This document shows positions 52,942-64,000 of a DNA stretch of 64,000 nt, one piece after another. A program made the translations under genes and the position numbers. The notes under the pieces were generated by a model, which made no database searches, had not been told where the DNA came from, and was given only the letters and a program-made list of their open reading frames with translations. Source of the DNA: Parasitella parasitica NRRL 2501 (lineage: Eukaryota; Fungi; Mucoromycota); the NCBI GenBank assembly GCA_025201805.1, contig MU619279.1:1-64000 (forward strand), written 5' to 3'. Every line of letters begins with the position of its first letter. Positions within the stretch are counted from its first letter, which is position 1.

Positions 52942-53212
52942 TCCATTAAACATTTTGTAGTAACAATTTCTGATGACAATAAAACTTGGTTACTAATTTT
53001 CCTTCAAATAACCCTGTTAAATGATATTTTGTATATCCGGCTCGTTATCAAGTTGATCTTGAATAGAGACCTCTGCCCCTCTTTGTCCATGCTTTTAGCA
53101 CAAGTATGTATAGCTTCTGTCAAGTCGAATAAATGCTCTTGTGTTTTTAAAACATTTTATTTAACGCCCAAATGTCAAATTGAGTATTTACATATTTAGG
53201 ATCTATAATCTA

Positions 53213-53809
53213 TCACTCTTCCCCTTTCTTCGTTTGCTGTTGTTGCTCCTTCATCAATTTCTCTGCCTTGAGTTTAGCCTCATCCTTCTTGATCTTTTCT
53301 TCTTGTGTGATCTCTGGTAGCCACTCCATCAAATCGCCCAATCGCTCGACCCCCTTATCGTCCACTATGATTTTACGAATAGCCTCGCCCTTTTCCTTGA
53401 CTAAATCCTCTACAGTAGTCTTACTATCTTTGAACCATCCCAAGTTATCTGCGATGAGGTGACGGTTTTTACAGCCAGGACACTGTATCAATACGACACC
53501 CTTGGTATAAGAGTGCTTGGACATTGTATGGTGAGAACGCTCATTGCACACTTTGCATGTAAATCCAATAAGCATTTGATGCTTGCTGTCCAACTCGGGC
53601 TCCTGTTCTTTGAAAATAGATGTACTTGTGTGAAATGAAAGCTTCTGAAAGGTTACGAATAGTGGATTGCATGCTTCACTACGTTGAAGAAGAGCATATT
53701 TTGTAGGTTTTGTTTTGTTGAGAGCCTGGGAGTAGTGTCTTGATGATACAGTAGAAGTGCGGTTGAAGACCGTCAGTGGACCACGCATGCGGTGAAGCAA
53801 TCTTATCAT
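53213..53809 (-). CDS. ZIM17: Mitochondrial DNL-type zinc-finger Hsp70 escort protein (Zim17/Hep1/Tim15)
   Basis: Arg/Ser-rich presequence from ATG 53809; FTCKVCNERS...YTKGVVLIQCPGCKNRHLIADNLGWF. Confidence 0.93.
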   Translation of the reverse strand: MIRLLHRMRGPLTVFNRTSTVSSRHYSQALNKTKPTKYALLQRSEACNPLFVTFQKLSFHTSTSIFKEQEPELDSKHQMLIGFTCKVCNERSHHTMSKHSYTKGVVLIQCPGCKNRHLIADNLGWFKDSKTTVEDLVKEKGEAIRKIIVDDKGVERLGDLMEWLPEITQEEKIKKDEAKLKAEKLMKEQQQQTKKGEE

Positions 53810-55045
53810 TATAAAAAATTGAAAAAAATAAAATAAAGGGAAGGCAAATAATGCATTTCTCAGATTTTTTTTTCTTTCTTGGAAATCAAGTCGCTCGGCG
53901 ATCAATTAAAATGAACTTTTTGGAAGCATTAAATAGACATGCGACTGGAGCTATATGAATGACAATCTCAATGTATTCTGAAGAAAACTCCATTTAATAG
54001 CAACCATTATTTTTTTTTCTATGATTTTATTGACATTCTTTTGGATTTTTTGCTTCAAATTCAACGCCACTCGAGGCTTCTTGTCTGAACGACAAGTATT
54101 GACTATTGCCTTCCGATGTAATTGTTCAAACTGCCTTAGAAACCATCTTTTTATAGTTTGCTCTTCTTGCAAACAGTAAATCACAGCTAAATTTGATAGT
54201 TTTCAGACGTTAATATAAATATTTCTAGGCCGTTTCAGGAAGCCAGAGTAACACTGGCCAACTGCTCTCATCCTGCAGTAACTTTCTATCACTTTTTCTC
54301 CAACATTTCGAGATTACCGAAAAATTCAAATTTTTTCATGAGGTACCCCTTTAAAAAATTCATGGAAATCAATCAATCGAGTTTTTTGGGCCAAATTTGA
54401 GATTTTTTACCAAGATAAGTAGCAATCAAAATCAAGCCCACGACTCAGTACATGTAATGCAAGAGTCTAATTTGACGCTCAATAAGCCAAATTAAGACTT
54501 GGTGGCCAAAAATGGTATTTTTGATTTTTCCAATTAGCAAAATATTTTATTAGAAATATAGTAACTATACTACTACCATTAGATGCGTAATAAAAAAAAG
54601 TAGCTAAAACAATTAAAAAGCTACCCACTCTATCTATAGCATTCTTTGACAAATCTTTGAAAGTGTGTGTTTTTTTTTCGTAACCTTCCAAATTTGCTCA
54701 AAAAGAAACAAAAATCACGGACGGTGTTTCAATTGTTTTCTTTGTGATCATCTCCAGTTGATTAGCCATTTACTCTGCCAGTGTTGACATCTAGTCTCGA
54801 CTTGTGGATACTAGCACCATCCATTACTAAATAACTTTTTTATGTTTTAAAAAAAAACTCAATCTCATCCATAATACTTGCTATTATTTTTATATTTCGC
54901 GGCATGGAGCAGCAATCTTCCATATCTTAAGGCCATTGTAGATGTGTAAGTCTGTATTTTGATTTTCTCTGTTTTATTTATAATATATACGATGAGTAGC
55001 TGAATAGTTTTAAGTGCGGAAAAGGTAAAATACAAGAGTTTTTAG

Positions 55046-57779
<2,734 letters not shown>

Positions 57780-57977
57780 CCTATCTATCTTCAAAATATT
57801 CTTGTTTTCTTCAGGAAAAGGCAAGAGGTCAAAGAATCAACCCACAGAGATTGAGAAAAGAAAAAGAGTAGAAGGAAAGGCTGTTTATACCTGTCTTTTG
57901 GCCTTCTTAAATGCAATCCAATGCCATGTTGAAGAAGCTTGGTGACGTTCATCGGAGTTGCCTAAAGCAGGTTCACG

Positions 57978-57986
57978 ATGACTCAC
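57978..57986. promoter_or_regulatory. Gcn4/CpcA/Cpc-1 response element ATGACTCAC
   Basis: Full TGACTCA core 200 bp upstream of the ARG5,6 ATG, a classical cross-pathway-control target. Confidence 0.6.
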
Positions 57987-58569
57987 AAACTTGTTGATTA
58001 TCGCCTGTGTCTTCAATACTGTATCATGTAGCAGGTTTGGTGCCTCCATTCGGCCAAGACCCCTTTTTAATCTGTTGTCCAAAAAATTACATTTAAATGT
58101 TGGTTTCTTATTCAAATTTGAATAACACTCCATCAAAGGCATTTGGGAATCAACCAGCCCTGCTCAACTATTCTTTACAGAATATTAAAATCAGATTTGA
58201 GCTGCAGGTTACATGTTTTATATTATTCTGTTTTTGTATGCATTCAGAATTATCGAATTATGGGGCAAAATGGTTGGATAAACCGCTTCAACTTGGCCAT
58301 GCGTAACTATCATATACCATCACATTTGTAGAGTAAAACTTGAAAGTGAGGAGCGCAATATAATTTATATTGTATGTATATAACTTATTACTAGTATCTA
58401 AAGTCTAATTCAGTATTATCAAGACTGAATAATAAATAGTCCAGTTATGCCAAGTGTATATTTCGATTGCAACGAGCCCTTTTGTATCATAGCATGAAGT
58501 CAAGTGAGTTTATTAGGTATATCAATACGGATATAAATCTTGATTAGAATATTAAATTAGCAATCTATA

Positions 58570-58707
58570 GCCGTTGTCAATGAAGTGGTGAAAAGTTTGA
58601 AACAAAACTACGAGGATTTCAACGTTTCTCGTAGTATTATTTATAAGTTCACGAAAACGCAGTGAAATATGTCTATTAAGCAAGCACAGCTTCATTCTGT
58701 AAATTAA
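58570..58707 (+). mobile_element. Degenerate Tc1/IS630 transposase fragment (HTH region)
   Basis: AVVNEVVKSLKQNYEDFNVSRSIIYKFTKTQ*NMSIKQAQLHSVN* resembles the helix-turn-helix plus (C)xLSxKxAxxH segment preceding the DDE domain. In-frame stops, no TIR seen. Confidence 0.55.
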
Positions 58708-61446
58708 ATTGATTACAGACTAGTAAAGACTTGATCCTCATCGAGCATCTTTTGGATGTCAAGCCGGAGGAGTGCCTTTCTTTGGACCCATATCCAGTCT
58801 CAATCTTATTTCCATTCCATTCAGTTTGGTGTACAACTCCACTATTCGTATCATGTAAGCATCTGTTTCTGGACCTTTCTCTTTATTACCAATATTACCC
58901 TTTTCTGTTTTTTTTAGTAATTTAATGTCGTTTTATTGTTAATTGTGTAAAACGCCCAGGTAGCACTTTTTCCCGAATCGTATTGTAATCACAATGTTAT
59001 GAAACTTTTTGGGAGCAGAATCACCTCCACCTTCGCGTGGTTACTTCCGTCAGTAGAAACTTTATTGTTTTGAAGCTAAGAGAGGCGCAATGTCTTCATA
59101 TCCCAGAATGGTGTATATTTATTGTAAATTTGGTTTACGTTCCAAAGTTTAGAATTGTTGCTTTAATTTTTTTTTTTTTTTTTTTTTAAACATTATAAGA
59201 AAACAATGTTTAGTGATTTAGAGGACAAAAACAAGTAATTCAAGGTGATGCATTAAACTACAAGGTACCTTTCAATTACATATTTGCATAGTTTGGAGCA
59301 AGTTTTTCTACTTTTTAAGGTGCCATCAGATGAAGGAAGCGACTCAGATGAAGGTAGCGACTTTTCTGATTTTTTTCAGAAAAATATTTTTCAAATTAGA
59401 GCGTTAGATCATCAGGCTAGGTACAGACGTAAAGGTACTACCATTAAAGATCTAAGAAGCACACCATTCAAATAAGCTAAATTGCAATAGTTTTTCGCAT
59501 GAATTGGGTAAGCTATGGCTTCTCAAAGCTAATGCTTTCTTTAAAAAAAAAAATACCGTTTTTCTTTGATAGCGGCGATTAAACACGTCCAAAATCAGGA
59601 AGGAAAAATTCTTTCAAAAACTCCATTTGTACAATTGAAAAACAAAATTACTTCTTTAAGGCAAAATATCATCCTCTGACACTATGCATACCACGGCTGT
59701 CAGTCTATGAAAATAGCTGTATATTTGGGCACACTACACGATGTTGTTATTTTCATAATCCCCGTATGCATATGGAAAGAATTCTGCACAAAACCCTCAA
59801 AAACAGATTAAGAGGGAAAAGTCAACGTTTTGCTTAATCAGAGCGCATTTCCAGTCTTTCAGATCAAGGAGTGGTCTTTTACGATCATTTTCCTCTAATA
59901 TATGATATAGTAAAAAGTTGCATTTTTGAGGTCAAAATCGAGGATAATGTATAATCAATGATTTTGGATGCGTGGATACAAGCAAAAAATCGAAAAAATC
60001 TGTCATTTTGCATCGAAAAAAAAATCATGCTCAAATTGCACCAAAATCATATATAATATAGTTTTTTCCCAATGGATACTATTTCTGGTGTTTTCAGACC
60101 ACTTTTAATTATCAAAATCAATCAGAAAATGGCATATAAAGCTAAAGTTCTTGCTTTAAGGCTGTAAAAAATACCTATCTGGAGATGATATCATGTCAAT
60201 ATCAATTCTAATACATAACAGTGCTCTATAAAATAAGTATGTTTAATACCACAAGTATACCTTTATTCATAGTAATATTATCAAGCAGGTGGGGCTCATC
60301 GAGCTGGAAGCAGAAGAGGATAATTAAAGAATAGAATTTTTTGTTAAAAAAAACCCTTGTTATTTGTGAATAATTCATGAGTTGCTAATTGCTAGTGACA
60401 GAGAAGCCCTTTTACCATTGTTGCTTATAATAATGCTTAATGTCAGTTCTCGAATTCCCTTTTTTGTGATTTTATTGCTAAACATGTAAAAATAGAGGTT
60501 ATAATTGAGGTTGAGGGTAATTTTACAAACAATAGTTAAACTTCATAATAAGTTTCTGGTAGATTCCAGGTTCTAGGCATTATACTGTAGAGTATCAAAT
60601 TCTAAATAGGGGATACTTCGCTATACCAAACATATTTTTGTCCGTTATAAAGAGTCCTGACTGTATATTCTTTCCTTGATGTTGATTATGCTGACTTAAC
60701 TCAACAGATGTAACATAAGATGACAATTCGAAATTAAAAAAATAGAGATTGTCATTTGCTTGAATGTGCTATGATTTTTGAAAAAATACTTAGATATCTA
60801 AAGTCTAACGAATGAATATCTGAAATAATTTATCAACATTAAACACTATGAAATTCAAACAATTTTGTATTGTGGCCCGTTGATGATTGTTCAGATTCAG
60901 GTATCTGAAGTACATGTCGATAGTGTCGATAAAAGAGTTTCACTGTATTGACAAATAAGATAGTAATGAAACCAAGTAGTGATTTCTTTAAAAATACTGT
61001 TTGATCAAAAATAAAATAATTAGGGCATCGCAATTTCGCATATCATTATAAAAAATAGAAATCTAAAAATGTGATTGTATTTAATACTTCTTGTCCCTAC
61101 TTGAAATTCTTTAGGAGACATTTCTTCTCCCTCAGAAACTTCTCAGCTCTTACCCGAAATAAAAGGGTTGTTATCAGAAACCGTAACATATACTATCACA
61201 AACACCATGACATTTATCATTTACTTGAACTTTTTTTTTTTTTTTTTTTTTCAGAAACCGTATTAAATTATACCATAGCATGTCTTTGAACTCCTACAGA
61301 TGCCCAATAAGACGTGTTCATCTTTGATAATTCTTAATAAGGAAGTGGCCATCTAAAGATTTTCCTTTATATATTTCAAGTTTTCTGTCAATCTTAGATG
61401 TTCTCTTTCTCATTAGGTTTATTAAATAAATTTTAAATTACTCATA

Positions 61447-63117
61447 ATGGTTGATAGGTAAGTCTAATGATATAAAGCGTTTTTGTTGTACTCGATGACC
61501 AACACGAAATGCTTCTAGAAAGATTCTCTTGCTCGGATCAGGCTTCGTGGCCGCCCCTTGTGTTGAATATCTCGTCCGTAAACCCGAGAATAAGGTCACC
61601 ATCGGTAAGCACGAATTCGTCTTTCAATTCGCGTAAAAGTGATTAATTACGAAAACCATATATTAGCTAGTAGAAGACTCGAAAATGCCCAAGCTTTGGC
61701 CAAGCAATTTCCTGGTACTGTCGCCGTTTCTTGCGATATCAACGATCAAAAGGCCATTGAGGATTTGGTTGCAGAGCACGATGTTTCCATCAGGTAGGTT
61801 TTATTTGGTTGTTAGTTTATCCGTGGCGTGCCTAACCACTGTATCGTCAGCTTGATTCCTTATATCTACCATGCTTTGGTTATCAAGGCTGCTGTCAAAC
61901 ACAAAAAGAATGTTGTCACCACTTCTTACGTCTCTCCTGCTATGATGGAACACGATCAAGCGTGAGTTTTGATAATCTTGTTTTCTTTAGCCAAATGAAG
62001 TTAGGTGCTCATTTATTTTGATTTTTTTTTTAGTGCCAAAGATGCAGGTATCACAGTTATGAACGAAATTGGTCTTGACCCTGGAATTGATCATCTCTAT
62101 GCGGTCAAGACTATTGAGGAAGTCCATGAGCAAGGTGGCAAGGTAAGCAATTGCCATACGTAAATAAGAAAAATGGTGAGTAACCTCAAGTTCAATTTAA
62201 TGTTGTAGCTTAAAGAGTTCATCTCCTTCTGTGGTGGCCTTCCCGCTCCTGAGGACTCCAACAACCCCTTTGGTTACAAATTCTCTTGGTCCGCTCGTGG
62301 TGTCTTGTTGGCCTTGAAGAATACTGCCAAGTATCTCGAAAAGGGTAAGGTTGTTGAAGTTTCTGGTACTGCCCTCATGGACTCTGCAAAAAAGCTGAAC
62401 ACGGGCTATCCTGGTTTCGCTTTTGTTGGTTACGGTAACCGTGATTCTACTCCTTATGATAAACGCTATAACATTCCTGAGGCCGAGACTATCATCCGTG
62501 GCACTATGCGTTATGATGGTTTCTGTCAATTCGTCAAAGCCCTTGTTATTCTTGGATTCTTGAACGAAGAAGAGGAGGCTCATTTGGCTGCTGATGCTCA
62601 AGACATTACCTGGAGCCAAGTTATTGCCAAGACTGTTGGAATCGACAGCAACTCTGAACAAGACTTGAAGGCTGAAATTATCAAGAAGTGTGATCTCGAA
62701 AACAATGACCGAAAGGATCAAATTTTGGATGGTATGCGTTGGTTAGGCTTCTTTAGCAACTCCAAAGCGCACCGTCGTGGTTCCCTGCTCGATACTTTAT
62801 GTGCCACCCTTGAAGAAAAGATGCAATATAATGACAATGAGCGCGATTTGGTCTTTTTGCAACATCGTTTCGAAATCGAACTCAAGGATGGTTCACACCA
62901 AACTCGTACCTCCACTTTGGTTGAATACGGTAAAGTCGGTGGCTACTCTGCAATGGCAAAGACTGTTGGTGTTCCTTGCGGCATTGCCACTCAACTTATT
63001 CTGGATGGCAAGTTGACTGCCACCGGTGTTTTAGCTCCTATGTCTAGTGAGATCAATAACCCTATCATTGAATTACTAGAACAAGAGGGTATTGGAATGA
63101 TTGAAGAAATCCTTTAA
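61447..63117 (+). CDS. LYS9: Saccharopine dehydrogenase (NADP+, L-glutamate-forming; saccharopine reductase), multi-exon
   Basis: KILLLGSGFVA, ISLIPY, VVTTSYVSPAM, MNEIGLDPGIDHLYA, SFCGGLPAPE, GYKFSWSARGVLLAL, NRDS, RGTMRY and SAMAKTVGVPCGIA. Confidence 0.96.
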
Positions 63118-63576
63118 AACTAATTGTATAAAATTGATATATATTTGCATATATTATTTGAATGAATCAAAAAAGAAAAACTATCTGTGTTTGCCTGGAA
63201 TATGCTTTTATGCATACCAAAAGGGTATTTCGTGGCCTTTTTTTTGTGCGGGTTCTATTTCACTAGGTGCTGATTGTTTCACAAAATATTTAAGGAATTA
63301 TTGTCTGCCATTATTGTAAGGTTTCCCACTGTTGCTTGCTTTTATAGAGTCAAATCAAACAACCCTCTTCAGATAAAATCTATGACTTCATGATAGCAAA
63401 GTTCAACAGACATCATTATATTTGGACAACGGTGTTGCCATACAATTAGCTTTACGAATTTTTATTAAATTTAGCGAGAATCAGACTAAAAAAACTATGC
63501 TGATAAAATCTCTACTTGAGGAAGGGATTTTTTTTTTTTTTTTTTACATGAATCTATTTTTTTATACAGTGTTATT

Positions 63577-64000
63577 TTACATCATACCACCCATTCCTCC
63601 CATACCGCCCATACCGCCCATAGGCATGGCAGGAGTAGCAGGAGCCTTAGCATCAACAATCATGCATTCGGTTGTGGTAAGCAAAGAGGCAACACCAGCG
63701 GCATCGACAAGAGCAGTACGGACAACCTTGGTAGGATCAATAATACCACGTTCAATCATATCAACGTATTCATTTGTGGCAGCATCATAGCCAAAGTTGG
63801 AGTTACCAGATTGATCTTCCAAAATCTTGCCAGCAACAACGGAACCCTCACCACCAGCATTGTCGACAATAGTTCTGCAAGGACGTTGAATGGCTTGGCG
63901 AATAATGTTGATACCGAGTTGTTGATCAAAGTTGGCGCCCTTAACCTCCTTAAGAGCATTGGCAGCCTTCAAAAGGGCAACACCGCCGCCGGGAACAATA
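63577..64000 (-). CDS. HSP60: Mitochondrial chaperonin Hsp60, 3' portion (continues beyond window)
   Basis: [37 protein letters not shown] and a GGM-repeat tail. Confidence 0.96.
   Translation of the reverse strand, partial: IVPGGGVALLKAANALKEVKGANFDQQLGINIIRQAIQRPCRTIVDNAGGEGSVVAGKILEDQSGNSNFGYDAATNEYVDMIERGIIDPTKVVRTALVDAAGVASLLTTTECMIVDAKAPATPAMPMGGMGGMGGMGGMM

Noticed and set aside
58663-58665. In-frame TGA at a probable Cys position (selenocysteine or readthrough?)
   Set aside because: Lies in a decayed transposase fragment with further stops; simple mutation is sufficient.
59326-59363. Two-copy 18-bp tandem repeat TCAGATGAAGG(A/T)AGCGAC
   Set aside because: Only two units, no spacers and no supported ORF; not CRISPR-like.
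59958-60050. 10-bp inverted repeat ATGATTTTGG/CCAAAATCAT, possible MITE
   Set aside because: AT-rich and short, with no clear target-site duplication.
59500-61446. Possible spermidine synthase fusion upstream of LYS9 as in basidiomycetes
   Set aside because: No spermidine synthase motifs upstream; LYS9 has its own ATG micro-exon at 61447.

Overview
Eukaryotic fungal DNA. It is AT-rich with short 45-100 nt introns, and the gene style and transposon remnants suggest a Mucorales species (inference). The first ~7.5 kb is an accessory, transposon-scarred zone. It holds a GC-rich structured island at 408-503, a spliced pseudogene with a PD-(D/E)xK-like motif whose first intron is split by a Tc1/mariner element (100-bp perfect TIRs, TA duplication, 965-N gap inside), a 241-bp tandem duplication and a second Tc1 3' fragment. 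The remainder is 16 intron-containing or single-exon protein-coding genes: Gti1/Pac2 transcription factor, homocysteine S-methyltransferase, two SulP sulfate permeases, ITC1-like ISWI subunit, ADHFE1, a ChAPs exomer subunit, nrc-2/Fpk1 kinase, a GH17 glucanase, complex I 51 kDa subunit, an unknown coiled-coil protein, sulfite reductase beta (MET5), ZIM17, ARG5,6, LYS9 and the 3' end of HSP60. The leading candidates for follow-up are a possible orphan Fanzor omega-RNA-like (ghost) structure and a loose grouping of four sulfur-assimilation genes with CYS-3/MetR-like sites. An exact RFX X-box upstream of ADHFE1 and a PAM2w-like motif on the orphan protein also stand out. No tRNA, rRNA or CRISPR array was recognised. 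All calls were made by eye without database searches.
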